A stretch of 62,758 nucleotides of DNA, filler included, from Octopus bimaculoides (lineage: Eukaryota): assembly GCF_001194135.2 (NCBI RefSeq). It is 7 parts of 5 records of this genome, joined end to end, with 100 filler letters (N's around TTAATTAATTAA, not from the genome) between each part and the next. Parts side by side here need not be neighbours in the genome. Positions count along the whole stretch, not along the records: positions 14,756 to 29,632 come from NC_069002.1; positions 29,733 to 37,539 come from NC_068984.1; 5 more parts are not named here. One strand, 5' to 3'. Under the pieces are notes generated by a model. That model ran no database searches. It had not been told where the DNA came from and saw only the letters and a program-made list of their open reading frames with translations. Every line of letters begins with the position of its first letter. Positions within the stretch are counted from its first letter, which is position 1. Below are positions 22,901 through 36,340 of the stretch, one piece after another. A program made the position numbers and the translations under genes.

Positions 22901-23492
22901 TAACACAAAGGTCATCATTCACATACTACCTAAACCATCCCTTCCCTTCCTCCCACCTTCACTGGCTTTATTATTAACCCTAACCCTGAATTCTATTTTC
23001 TCCTCCCACTACTCTCTATCTAACCTCCCCCAACTCCTCTTTCTAATACACTTAGTTCTCCATGAAATCATTCCATCTTTAAACTCCATTTTGTCAACAC
23101 CTCAAATGTAAAATTTTTTCATGAAGACGGCGAGTCTGATGATGGAAATCAAAATTACATTCATTATTTTGGACCACCAAACCCCCAGAAACTTCTGTTG
23201 CACTTGTAAAACTGTTATTATTCAACCCTTTTAATTCTTGATATCATTTATATTCTGTGTAAGTCAGACTTTTTTTTATATGTATACATATGTACAGTTA
23301 TTGTATTAAATGTATTTAATATGTTTTGTATATATTGATTTGCCCATCTTGCTTGTCCTTACATTTACTCCTCCACCCATGCAAGTTCAAATCTCTTGAG
23401 TACTACAAAGTGTATTCTATACAGAGAATACCTTTAATCTCTAATTTTCTTTTGTGTCTTTTCTCTTTTCAATGTCAATGTTATGGTTAAAG

Positions 23493-23654
23493 GTTTATGC
23501 AAAGGAAAACAACACAAATGAGGGACATAAAAGTCAAACACATAATATAGTTGTGAAAGTTGTTGATGAAAATACACACAATCCAGTCTTTGCAAACACA
23601 TCATATGTATACAATATTCCTTTGACAACCAAGGCTGGACAGATCTTTGCTACA
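23493..23654 (+). CDS. Cadherin-repeat exon: VYAKENNTNEGHKSQTHNIVVKVVDENTHNPVFANTSYVYNIPLTTKAGQIFAT
   Basis: ttaaag| acceptor after a pyrimidine tract and |gtgagt donor, 162 nt, phase 0 to 0. V.V.DEN...PVF linker motif. Confidence 0.87.
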
Positions 23655-23973
23655 GTGAGTATGATTCATTAATTTTTCTCCACTGTTTCCTCTCTTTGTT
23701 TTATTCTTCTCTTATTGTAATATAAATTACCTTTTGGATAATAAATTAATCCTTTTGTCATTATTATCACCATTATTATTTGTATTATGTGGGAGGTAGA
23801 TTGGTGATATCATTAGAGCTTCAAAAAATGTGCCCTATAGTATTTATTGTGGCTCTTTATGTTCTGTGTTCAAGTCCTGTCAAAGTCAACTTTGCCTTCC
23901 ACATTTCTGGGGTTGATAAAATAAAGTATCAGTCAAGTTTATTTTGCCTTTAGCAGAAAAGATTATTATTATT

Positions 23974-24173
23974 AAGGTGGTGAGCTGGCAGGATTGTGAG
24001 TGTGCTGGGTGAAATGCATTGCAGGATTTTGTCCCTCTCTACAGTTCTGAGTTCAACTTTGCCTTTCATCCTTTCAGAGTCAATAAAATAGGCACCAGTT
24101 GAGTACTGGTATTGGTTCTAATCGACTTACTCCCTCCCCCGAAGTTGCTGGCCTTGTGCCAAAATTTGAAATC
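23974..24173 (+). mobile_element. SINE family A copy (an older copy lies at about 23790-23960)
   Basis: aaggtggtgagctggcagg...ttctgagttcaac...gccttgtgcc. Confidence 0.8.
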
Positions 24174-24329
24174 ATTATAATCATTATTATAAGTAGTAGT
24201 AGTAGTAGTAGTCGACATTTGCTAGTTTCTGGCAGATTTCTACTGCATCACCTGCAGCGCCTGTGTTGCTGAGTTGTGTGCAGCATTGTGTGTTGCTCTG
24301 TTGTGCATCTCACCTGTAGTGCACATATT

Positions 24330-25060
24330 GTTGGGGTGGTTTATTTTAATAGATATTTACTACACAGAGTGTGTTTTGTGTTTGTGGATTGTTTTATTTG
24401 GGCTGTACTAATGAATTGATAGTGTCTTGCATAGGATGTGGGTTGTTCCCAGCAGGGCTGGGTATAGCTTCTATGGTTTTTTATTTATCATACCCAATGC
24501 TCTGATTATTACTGGTATTGTTTTCACCTTCATGCTCCACATCTTGAAGATTTCAATTTCAAGATCTTTGTACTTCAACAGTTATTTCATTTCTTTTGGT
24601 CAGAAGAGGCTGCAATGTCTATCAGTAAGCAGGTATTTTTTTTTTTTTTCCCAGTCTTTGATTATTATGTCTGGATGATTAGCTTTGATTTCTTTGTCAG
24701 TTTGAACAGGCATGTCCCAGATGATTGTGCCCTGGTCATTGTCATGTACCTTGTTTGCTACATGTTTATATCATTCCTTGTTTGTTTTTATGTTGTAGTG
24801 TTGGCATATTCTCCAGTGGATAAAACTACTTACTCAGTCATGACTGAATATATATATTCAGATTTGGTTATTACTGGACAACCATAGATAAAGTGGTCAA
24901 CTATCTCATGCTGGTTGCACATTCTGCAATTGGTGTTAGACCTTGTTTCCCTTATTTCACTTTTATAGGTGTCTGTGGTCAGGCGTTGATCTTGTGCAGC
25001 AAGTATCAATCCTTCCATTTCTGCTTTGACCTTCATTGCCAGGGGCTGGTAAAATAAACT
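24330..25060 (-). mobile_element. R4/Dong-like LINE, CCHC plus REL endonuclease region
   Basis: EGLILAAQDQ...CRMC...VDH...GCP, IIWDMPVQTDKEIKANHPDIII, KYKDLEIEI.KMW...TIPVII.ALG. Confidence 0.88.
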
Positions 25061-25190
25061 ATCACTTTATGTACTGAGGTTGACAGAATTGCTTATACTC
25101 CAATACAAAGTCTGTGTCCTTATGGCTTTCTGAGAAAATATTATCATCATCTTATTTCACCTCCTCTGATCTCTTTTCTATTGCAAACAG

Positions 25191-25366
25191 ATAACAGCCA
25201 CAGATGAGGACAAAAGTATAAATGGCAAAGTAACTTATGAGATAATTACTAAGAATGTCCCCTTTGAAATTGATTCAAAGTCTGGCAATCTTTCTGTCTC
25301 TGGCCCCTTGCCAACAGACAGTTACAACTTTAATGTCATTGGCCATGATGGAGCAACTTTTCCAAG
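25191..25366 (+). CDS. Cadherin-repeat exon: ITATDEDKSINGKVTYEIITKNVPFEIDSKSGNLSVSGPLPTDSYNFNVIGHDGATFP(R)
   Basis: cttttctattgcaaacag| acceptor and |gtattt donor, 176 nt, phase 0 to 2. Canonical ATDxD..NG.VTY and F.ID..SG motifs. Confidence 0.92.
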
Positions 25367-25956
25367 GTATTTTTTATTCTTCATGTTTACTTTTTGCTTC
25401 ATTTCATTATCTTAATTTTTAAAGAGGTTTTTTTTTATGTGTAATCCTTTTTATGGAAACACATTGACTTCGTTTCAATTTATTTTGAAAATAATGAAGT
25501 ATTTAGTAAAATAACTTTCACATTATTAAGGAGCTGGTTGTTAGTAAGACTAACAAAATGTTAATTTTTTATGTAAAAAAAGAAAGCAAAGTTTGAAGGA
25601 AATATTAGTCATTTTTCATACTTTCTAGGGGTAAGCAAATAGGAAATAATAGTTGCTACCCAAGGACAAAAATCATGTTCCACAGTGTAATTTAACATAT
25701 TTTGATGGATACTTTTTATTTAGGTTTCTTTAAAACAGGAAGTTTGTATCAAAGGACCAAGGACAGCCTTGGGTGGTTTTGCTATTTATTGCAAGTTGCT
25801 CAAGCTGCTATGAATATAACAATACCGAGGTTCCTTCATTAGCCTGTCTGTTTGTCATTGTTGCTATTGCTGTTATTGTAATAAACAAATTTATGGAATA
25901 TTTATATCCACATGTGTGTATATGTATATATGCCCATAACAACAAGCACATGGTAA

Positions 25957-25987
<31 letters not shown>

Positions 25988-26544
25988 TGGGTAAGTAAAT
26001 AGATCTTTATCAGTTTTGACAACGGAACTGATAAAACTGTTCAGTCAACTGAACTGAATACAGTATAAACGGTTGAGTATTCCAAAGACACAAGTACACA
26101 TACACCTTCATTGGTAAGTTCACACATACACTTATACAGATATACACAAACCTACATGCATACATACACATAAAGATATATTGACACACATACATAGATA
26201 CACAATGATCCACAAATGCTCACACTCATACATCATCATCACCGTCATCATCATCATCCGTTGTCCATGCTGGCATGGGTTGGATGGTTTGACAAGAGCT
26301 GGAAAGCTGTGGAGCTGCACCAGATTCCAGTCTAATTTAGCATGGTTTCTACAGCTGGATGCCCTTCCTAATGCCAATCACTTACAGAGTGTGCTTTTAT
26401 GAGGCACCACATGGGCACTTTTATGTGGCACAGTTTAGGCGCTTTTACATGGCCCCTGCATGGGCACTTTTATGTGGCACTGCATGGGCACTTTTATATG
26501 GTACCATCATGAGTGCTTTACACCACCAGAAGAAGGACCAGTCT

Positions 26545-27860
26545 TAACACTTCTGCTGCAGAGTGCAGATCTCCTTGAGTACAGCAAAGTGCCAGGCATC
26601 TCGGTCCTTTGTCACTTGGAAAATTTAGTGTCCTGAAGTCGTTCTTCAGTACTTCATCCCAGGTTTTCCTGGGTCTCCCACCTGTACATGTTCCATCTAC
26701 TTTGAGAGATCAGCGCTTTTTTATGAAGCTGTCGGCATCCATTCACTTCACATGACCAAACCAGTGCAGTCTTCTCTCTTGCACACAACAACCCATTCCT
26801 CTTATGCCTAACTTCTCTCTCAGAAAACTGGCACTCTGTCAAACATGTACACTTACATTACACATCTAGTGGAGCATTCTACCCTCATTCCTTTCTAACC
26901 ATCACATGTCCTTTGCATTCAGGGTCCACATCTCACTACCATGTAGAATCTCTGTCTGTGTAATGCATCATACAATCTTCCCTTCACTTACAGAGAGAAA
27001 CCTTTCATGGCCAACAGAATTTCCTCCATCCTCTTCTTATTCTAGCTTTCACACTCTCTGTGTATCCTCCCCCACTACAAATTTGGTTGCCTGGGTGGCA
27101 GAAATTATCAACTCCCTGTAATGAGCCACCAGAACATTTGAAAGAATTAATTTCCCAAGTCTCTATAGTTCTTATGGATCCTGTGCATCTTCCACACACA
27201 AACATTATCTTCTCTGATAACCTTCCTCTTATTCCACTGCAGCTCTTGTGTGTCCATAGCTTATATTGGGCACACTGTATGGAATTCCTGTCTACATTTT
27301 CTTAGAAATAATCAAACAGAGCCCCACTTACCTGATGGAGATAGGGTCCCATCAGTTTTGCTGCTTACTAGAATGTTAGTCTTTGCTATGTTAACCTTAA
27401 GGCCCTCAGATTCCGGGTTTTGCTTTCACACATAGAATTTCTCATCTAACTCTGATATGGAATCTGCTATGAGGGAAAAATCATCAGCATATAGTAGTTC
27501 TGAAGGGTTGCTGGTCTTGAATTCCTGTTATGGCCTGAAAAACAATGATAAAAAGGAGTGGACTAAGGACTGATCCTTGATGAAGCTCTACTTGTGGTTG
27601 ACTCTCACCTTACTGAAGCATCTTTATCTGTGGCCTGTACAACTTTCACCAACCACTCGTCTTTCCTTTACCTTCTCAGAGCCCACCATATCACACAGTG
27701 GGGTATGCTATCAAAGCTACTTCTAGATCAAGAATGTCAAGTGTAATAGTTTATTCTTAGCTAAGTATTTCTCTTGCACTTGCCTGAAAATAGCGTCAGT
27801 TGTGTTTCTTCTTTGGATGAATCTGAACTGCATTCCTTGTAACCTAATTCTGCTAATTTG
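26545..27860 (-). mobile_element. RTE-clade LINE remnant (RT to 3' end)
   Basis: TTDAIF..QEKYLAK, HQGSVLSPLLFII, ELLYADD, GRPRKTWDEVLKND. Confidence 0.88.
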
Positions 27861-28129
27861 CACATACATATATACTGGCATGTATATGCATGCAGACTCA
27901 CACACACACACACACACATATATCATTAAAAGTATGAAATTGTATCTTTGGAATGATAATTTGAAAAGGAGGAGCAGCATCCATATCTTTTGTGTGAATT
28001 TTCTGTTTGTTTCTTATATAAGTTGAGCACACACATACATGTATTACCAGAAGTAATGCAAAAATGGGGCATGGCCCTTTATTAATCGACACAGGTCATT
28101 CAAATTGCTAATGTTGTTAGAGTAATTCT

Positions 28130-28620
28130 TTCTCCATACAAATAGTCTCCAACACAAGCCATACATTGATGCCATTGTTAAACACAACTCTCAAACCCTC
28201 TTTGTAAAATATTCAGGTGTGCACTCTTGTATCCACTTCTTCATAGCCACTTTCATCTCTTCAGTTTCATCAAATCATCATCCATGAAGGCTTTCCTTCA
28301 TTGGATTGAACAAGTAGAAGTCAGAGGATGCCACACCCAAGTTGTACTGTGGATGGGGGAACCGCTGACCAGCTCAACTTGGGAGTTTCCTGATTTGTCA
28401 CCAAAGACATGAGCGGTCATGAAGTGTTATGATGAGTGTAAACTGTTTCAGATTGCTGTTCGGTCTCTTCCTTCTAATGACTTCTCGAAGCTTCTTGACT
28501 TTCTCAGTGTCCCACTTGCTGTTCACAAGTGCAGCCTTTTTCCAGAAAATTAAGAGAATCATGCCCTTGCTATCCTCAAAAAACAATCACCACGATTTTC
28601 TGTGCTGATTTCACTCTCTC
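28130..28620 (-). mobile_element. Mariner catalytic-domain fragment
   Basis: VIVF..DSKGMIL, LREVIRRKRP, degenerate HDN and YSPDL regions. Confidence 0.7.
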
Positions 28621-29134
28621 TCCCTCCCTAACTCCCTCCATCCCCCCTTTCTTATTCAATCTGTGGAATACTCACCCACTTAGACCATTCTTTTATGAGT
28701 AAGGATTCAGTTTATTGGACAATTGTATGCTTATCATTGAAATCCTCCACATTTTACAAATAAAAGAACTAGGCCATCTCTATGGTAACAGACCTAATGC
28801 AGCAGTACCTCTTTTCACTTAAATGGTTTGATCTATTTCTGCAACTTGCTTGACAAATGACAACCCTGTATCAATGCAGTTCCTATATTCAGTTGAGTGG
28901 ACTGATCCATAAATGAACAGGTTCATTTATGTAACCTTGCTTTCAATTTAGTGAACTGAGCCATTTCAGTGATCTGCAAGACACGCTTAGTTCAGTGATG
29001 ACAGTAACAATTTATGGGACATCTCACTGCTTAAATGGGGATCTGGTGTGAGTTACTCTGACACCCTAACCATAACTCATCCACTCTATTTTATTTTCCT
29101 CCTTGTTTTTATGCCTTCAATTTATTTCTAACAG

Positions 29135-29264
29135 ATCCACTGTTGCTATGGTTACAGTGAGTGTAACATCAGTCAATCGGAAGCCAACATTTTCCAAACT
29201 CACCCCCAAAAGTCTTGAAATACTTGAGACAACTGCACCTGAAACTATATTAACAACAATATTG
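29135..29264 (+). CDS. Cadherin-repeat exon: (R)STVAMVTVSVTSVNRKPTFSKLTPKSLEILETTAPETILTTIL
   Basis: tttatttctaacag| acceptor and |gtaagt donor, 130 nt, phase 2 to 0, completing the AG|A Arg codon. V.V.V..VN..P.F pattern. Confidence 0.87.
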
Positions 29265-29480
29265 GTAAGTGTAATGCTTTAATTTCATCTTACTATCTAC
29301 CACCTACAAAGCTGAGGAGAAACCCACAGTGAAGTAAAGCCCCCCCCCCCCACATCTGGGACAGTGCAGCTGTTATACAGAGATCAAATCGAAGGAAAGG
29401 CGACTCGTTTGATTACAGACATGCTCTATTTTCTGACTTTGAAACATGCATTTCCTTCTCTCTGCCTGTTCTGCTGTCGT

Positions 29481-29632
29481 ACCTATGACCTCTGCTCTTC
29501 AGAATTCAATCACAATTTACCTATGACCTCTGCTCTTCAGAATTCAATCACAATTTACCTATGACCTCTGCTCTTCAGAATTCAATCACAATTTACCTAT
29601 GACCTCTGCTCTTCAGAATTCAATCACAATTT
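29481..29632 (+). repeat. 38-bp minisatellite, 4 identical copies running into a gap
   Basis: Unit acctatgacctctgctcttcagaattcaatcacaattt. Confidence 0.95.
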
Positions 29633-30309
29633 NNNNNNNNNNNNNNNNNNNNNNNNNNNNNNNNNNNNNNNNNNNNTTAATTAATTAANNNNNNNNNNNN
29701 NNNNNNNNNNNNNNNNNNNNNNNNNNNNNNNNAATAAATTTTTATCCACACACACATCCGCATATATATATATATGTGTGCTTGAGAAAGGGAGAGAGAG
29801 TGTTTGAGTGTGTGCGTGTGTGCTTGTACACACACACGCACACATATATTTCTAAGTGCATATATTCATATACTATTTTGTGCATACTATAATATTCACA
29901 TAAACACAGTAGATACAGGGTACAAGGTAAAATTGTTTGGTTTGGAAGCCAAGCTACTTAGCCTATGTGATTTGTCAAGAGGTATGAACTCAGTGACACC
30001 TGGTGGCACACCAAAACATTAAGTGGAATTAATAAAAGCTAAGTTCTCCTCCTTGATTCTACTATTTGACAAGCAAACCACTGTAAATTAATTAATAGCC
30101 TGTCTTTCAGGCTGCGGAAAACTTGGCACTTCTTCCAGTTGACTGTTTTGACTTTATTTCTACATTGTCTCATGCTTTCTTCTGATTAATTTTTTCTTTC
30201 TTTTTGGTACAAATATCTTTGCATCCGTCAATCTGTCTAACCATATGTATCTGTGTATGTATGTGTGTCTACATCCATCTATTTAGCTATATATATATAT
30301 GTATATATC

Positions 30310-30341
<32 letters not shown>

Positions 30342-31269
30342 GATAGATAGATAGATAGATAGATATACATACATACATACATATATATATATTTATATAT
30401 ATATATATTTATATATATANNNNNNNNNNNNNNNNNNNNNNNNNNNNNNNNNNNNNNNNNNNNNNNNNNNNNNNNNNNNNNNNNNNNNNNNNNNNNNNNN
30501 NNNNNNNNNNNNNNNNNNNNNNNNNNNNNNNNNNNNNNNNNNNNNNNNNNNNNNNNNNNNNNNNNNNNNNNNNNNNNNNNNNNNNNNNNNNNNNNNNNNN
30601 NNNNNNNNNNNNNNNNNNNNNNNNNNNNNNNNNNNNNNNNNNNNNNNNNNNNNNNNNNNNNNNNNNNNNNNNNNNNNNNNNNNNNNNNNNNNNNNNNNNN
30701 NNNNNNNNNNNNNNNNNATATATATATATATATATATATATACTTATATATATATATGGGGAGAGGGCAGTAATATACATATATAGAAGTGAAAGAGATA
30801 GAGAGAGAGGAGAGGGAGAGAGATGAACACATACATTTTTATTTTATTATTATCTCTTCCTTCTCTCAATGTTCTCTCCTAGTTTGTTTTTAAACAACTT
30901 TTTCTGTTTTCATTCTTTTCCTTTCATGCCTATTTATTCTCTTCTATCTCCTTATTCTTCTAGTTCTTGATTCCATACTTAAATTCTTATCATTTTATCT
31001 ATTGTTCCTTGTTTCCTTTAATTACTTTATTCCACTTTTCTTTCTCTCCCAACTCACCATTTCTTTTATTGTTGTACCATTCAATCTCTTTATACAAATT
31101 TTTGCACTTTCCCATCTTCTAATATTTTGTTTTTGCACTTCTGATATATCCATTTTCTTCACCTTTCCTTTATTTACATTTGCTCACCATACAATAAAAA
31201 TAATTTATGTTTTACCTTTCCATTTTAGACAGTGGTCATGCTGGAGCACCACACTTATTTCAAGGACTT

Positions 31270-32070
31270 TTGTAGATTATTCAGTTCCTTGTATTTATAT
31301 ATCAAATCCTATTTATTTCATCTATTAGTCTTGTACTAAATTTTTGGAAAGGATTGATTAATGAAGAAAGACTGAAAATCACATGGAACAATGACAAGAT
31401 GTTATTGGATTTGGAATTTACTAATAGTAATGTGTGGATAGGAAAAGATATAGAAAGTTTGCTTACATGTACAATCTCTATAAAAACGTCAGTGAACAAA
31501 GTCAGCCAGCACTTCAATACAAGTAAAAACGATGTAAAGCTGTGAATGTCCTATACTAAGTTTCTACAGAGATCACACTATTGGCTGAAGACTTAAAAAA
31601 TGATCCTTGCTTCACCTATTTGGTCATTACAATATGTGAAGATAGAAGTAGTGGCAACAGAGGTCAACACTGGAATTAGAAAAGCTGTGACAGAATTTGG
31701 TAGACTTGCCAACATTGTGAAACTAAAGAAAAAAAAAATGAAAGGAAAATCAATAAAACTAAAATTACTGTCTTCAGTTCAATATGCCTGTCCATTCTGT
31801 TTTTGGTGGTAAAATATGGCAACTATTAGAAAATGACTGAAGGCATTCCATCAAATGTCTGTGCAGTAACCTGCATTTAATATGTAGGAATTGAATCATC
31901 TTTGTTGAAATATGCAGAACAACAGATCAGAGGAAACTTATCATATTGCTGAGAACAGGAAGATTAAAAAGGCATCTAAATGCTCAAGTCTTATATTAAA
32001 CAGATGGCAGTACAGAAAAGCAGACAAGGTTGACATGAATAAACTCCTGAGTGTCATAAACATGAGACAG
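31270..32070 (+). mobile_element. Old RTE-like LINE RT remnant
   Basis: ITWNNDKMLLDLEF, EVNTGIRKA..EFGRLANI, IKLKLL. Confidence 0.6.
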
Positions 32071-32249
32071 ATCTAGATCAGATCTAAGGTAAGGTCACTT
32101 ATCAAATGGCTAAGACCAACTTTAGTGCAACAAGGCAAAATTGAATATGGTACTTTTGTTTAATGCATTTATTTACACTGCTATTCAAGAATACATAACC
32201 ATACACACACATATACACATGTATATTATAGATATATAATCAGCACAAG

Positions 32250-32398
32250 TAGAGCTGTGTGGTTAGATGTTTTGCTTCCTGTGGGCTTAGTTCTGGGTTC
32301 AGTCCCACTGTGTGTTACCTTGGGCAAATGTCTTCTATAACTCTGGGCCAACTAAAGCCTTGTGAGTGGATTTGGTAGATGGAAACTGAAAGAAGCCA

Positions 32399-32400
<2 letters not shown>
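32250..32400 (+). mobile_element. SINE family B (GGCTGTGTGGTAAG...CCTTGGGCAAGTGTCTTCT...GGAAACTGAAAGAAGCC)
   Basis: Related copies at 43537, 44850, 45828, 54563, 59280 and 62575. Confidence 0.8.
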
Positions 32401-32457
<57 letters not shown>

Positions 32458-32514
32458 TTACCAATCTATCCACCTCCCTCTTTCTCTCTCTCTCTCTCAC
32501 TACATATATATAGA

Positions 32515-32780
32515 TGTGTGGCCTAGTGATTAGGCTATTGCACTCACAAATACTAAATCATGGTTTCAATTCCTTGATTGGGCAGCACGTTGTGCACTTG
32601 AGCAAAACACTTTATTTTGCATTGCTCCAATACTCCTTCGATCAGGGGGAAATGTTGGCCTGCTCACCTAGCCAGCGGGGAGGTATCATTTGAAGGCTAA
32701 AACAATGCAAAAGCGCACTGTGATCAGCAATGTGTAACAAAATCTGATAGCTTGGTCAGACACAAGATCATGTAATAGTA
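32515..32780 (+). mobile_element. tRNA-headed SINE with a CORE-like segment (family C)
   Basis: gtgtggcctagtgattagg...ggtttcaattcc...gttgtgcacttgagcaaaacacttt. Related to 39245-39510 and 42590-42697. Confidence 0.65.
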
Positions 32781-32939
32781 ATAACAATGTTAATAACACA
32801 GACGTATCTACCTCCACCTCTAACCTCTCCTTAGACAGTATGACCTCCTTCATTCCTGAGAATAATTCCCACAATGCACTACCATGTAACTGCCGCCCTG
32901 GGACCATCTTCCCTCTACAAACCCATTGCAGAAGGTCTA

Positions 32940-33310
32940 ATGTAATTTATAAATGCACCATCCTAAACAGGCTGCACAATTCTACAACCATATATATATA
33001 TGGTCAACTATTAATTTTAAACAGCGATACCTTGTGCATCTCAATTCTTTTAGGTATGAGAAACACAGTAAATCCACAACAATTGCCAGTCACATACTTC
33101 ATCTCAAAAATAGAAATATTCCGTACATCCTGTCATGGTCCATAATAGATTCAGGGCTTCCATACCAGGGTCAACGCTCAGCCTGTAAGCTATGCTTGAA
33201 AAAGACATTCCACATATTAAAATACAACTCTTCAATAGTACTAAATAAATATAATGAGGCCCTGGCCCTCGGCACATGCAACCACTGCTTTTTTCATACC
33301 TTCTAATTTT
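32940..33310 (+). mobile_element. Penelope-like element 3' end (GIY-YIG C-terminal part)
   Basis: LSWSIIDSGLPYQGQRSACKLCLKKTFHIL....LNKYNE...TCNH. Confidence 0.8.
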
Positions 33311-34378
33311 ACCATAGATCTAAATTCAACCTAAATAACCACACAGTACATATCCTGAAAACCTCTTAGGTAATCTCCAACAACCCTATTTGACTTTCCT
33401 TTGTCTCCATTCTTAATTTTTAAACTTTTCAATTTTATTTTTTAATTAATTAATAATACATATATAAATATGTATGCATGTATATATGCATATGTATGTA
33501 TATAGATAAACCCACCAACAACAAACTAGGTATCGAACACCTCAGTGGCACTACACTATACGAAGAGGTTCACAACATCATACCTCAACTGTTGGAATCC
33601 ACCATCAACATCAGCTCGACCAAAATTTGTTACCAAAGGGAACTCTCTAAGAAGACTAGACTGAACTATACATCTAGAACACCACTATTTCACCTTTCTA
33701 TCATTTAATACAAACCCACAAACCCAGACCTAACCTTAAAATCAGACCCATAGTATTGGGAATTAACGGTCCTTTCTAAAATATTTCTTGGCTTCTCTCT
33801 AAAGTCCTCAATCTCTTACTACACACCACACATTCCCCGACATGTCAGCAGCTCCTGCAAAATCTTCACAAGACTCAAAGATATCAATCCCTCCATATTT
33901 AAAACTAACAAATACCCTTTTACTTTATAGTGTAATTTCCCTCTACTCCTCTGCACCCACTCTCAGCGGCCGAAGGGGGTCTCAGAATATATATATAAAA
34001 AATATATATTATATATAATGTAATATATATAAGCACTGTGAAGTGCAAAATATAAAGGAAGTTCAGAACAATTAGTACATCCCACACTTTTCACTTATAC
34101 CAAATGCAGTACAATATGTGACATCAAATCATAGGATAGCATAGTGTGCAGAATATGTAGTATAAAAATATAGTAAAACCTATTTGTCTTTTTTTTAAGC
34201 ATAAATGCATTTTCAGAACCACTGACAAGGTGTTAAATGAGTTAACATAATTTTTCAGAGAGAGAGTATGTAATATTGGTTGTTAATTTGCTGAAACATG
34301 TGTATGCTTTCAAACCATGAAGTACCATATAAGTTTAATATACTATTAATGCTATACACACATATGCAAACGCGCACG

Positions 34379-34420
<42 letters not shown>

Positions 34421-36340
34421 CATATTTGTATGTATATGCATTTGTAAATATATCCTGATACTCAAATGAACACACAGGCACACATACACACATATATCCT
34501 TCATAAAAAAATTTCTGTGTCCATTGTTGCTTTAGATTATCATTAATTTATAATTGCTTCTCATTTATTTGATGTAAATTATACAGGAAAGCTGATGCTT
34601 TCTCTTTAATATTAAATTATCATGACAGTAGATTTGTGTGCTGTTGTAATACACAAAATAATTTGTTTTTGGAAGTGTTGCATTATTTGGAAGCAATTGG
34701 AAATGATTCATTGGTTTCACTTTATATAAATAGAACTTCTTTTGCAAGACTAATGGAGGCAAATTTTCGACCAACTCCAAAACATTATTAATGTGTGTAA
34801 CATGTCAATTTTTCTACTGCAAACATCGTACTAAGCTTCTAAAATAAATTTATAATGTAATGTGATTGACTCAATATGTAAATATCATTTTTAACAGACT
34901 CATAAGTCATCAGACAGTAGATTTTTTGATTCATAGTTTCCCAACAAAAAGCCATTCAATCTCCACACTTCAAACATTTTTAACAAGACTTTCTAGTAAT
35001 CATATAATCATTGAAAAGCTTATTACTTAAACATGAATTTTGCTGGTGGACTTGTAAGCAGATTTGTTGCATATGTTAGCTTTAATCAAATTTAACACCC
35101 CATCCCAGCCACACTGGTGGAAATTTGAGCAATGAGATTAAGTTGATCCATTTTTCTTGAAATTCAAATTATATAGCTATTTCAAAAATCTTTGTATAAA
35201 ATGATGTACCTCTTTTCTTTTAATGGTTTCAGTTTTTGAACTGTGGTCATGCTGTAGCACAAAATACAAGAGGTTGTAGTCAATGATATAGACCCCAAGA
35301 AAAGGAATATGTGCAGTATTGTGAAAGAGATCAATTAAACAACGATCAGCAGTGTGCCTCATCATCTTCTGCATTGTCATCATCATTATTGTCTTCATCA
35401 TCATCATCGTCATCTGATGGCATATAAAAGCACCCACTACACTCTTGGAGTGGTTGGCATTAGGAAGGGCATCTAACTGTAGAAGCTCTGCCAGATCAGA
35501 TTGGATCCTGGTGCAGCCATCTGGCATACCAGTCCCCAGTCAAACAGTCCAACTCATGCCAGCATGGCAAGCTGACGTTAAACGATGTTAATGATGATAT
35601 ATGTACATACTTACATATATATGTATATACATATGCATATGTGGGTACAGAACCTCACAGAACATAAACAACATGAAATACAAAATACAAATATATGGAA
35701 TATGAACTTTTTTTGTGAACAATGAAAGAAACAAATGGAACGAGCCTTCATCAGTTGTTGGCTGTTTTTCTAATCCCTATTTCAAGCAATTCTCGACAAG
35801 ATACACCTTTGATCAGTTGCTCCCGCAAAGCAAATTAAATAAAATTTTGGATTTTACGGAGGGTCAAAATTGGTAACAAAAACAAGACAGTGAAAATAAA
35901 CAGGAAGGGCTGCTAAGCCTAAACGATGTGAGGTGGTGAATGTGGAGGAACAAGCTTGGACAGGAGACAGACAAGAATGTGTCTGATTTCTGCAGCTGAA
36001 TCAGAAGGTAAGAAAGAAACTAAAGTTAGGAAAAGAAAGATGGCCGATGGTAACGTGGGAGCAACGAGAGAGCAAAGGAGGAAGAGTGGAGGAGATAGTG
36101 ACAGACAGAGAACAGCGAAAGGAAGAAGAAAACAATTAGAGAAAGGATGAGAGAGAAAAAGAAATGAAAGGGGGAGAAGGGAAGATAAAAAGAATTAGAG
36201 AAAGGACGACAGAAGAAATGAAAGACTAATAGAACAGAATAGAAGTGTCGCATTGAAATTGTTAAAATAAAACTTACTATTACATGATTGAATGCCATGT
36301 ATCCATTTCCAAGTAAGTTTTATCTTTTTTACAGACGATA

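Noticed and set aside
29481-29632. CRISPR-like array
   Set aside because: Head-to-tail identical units with no spacers, in eukaryotic context.
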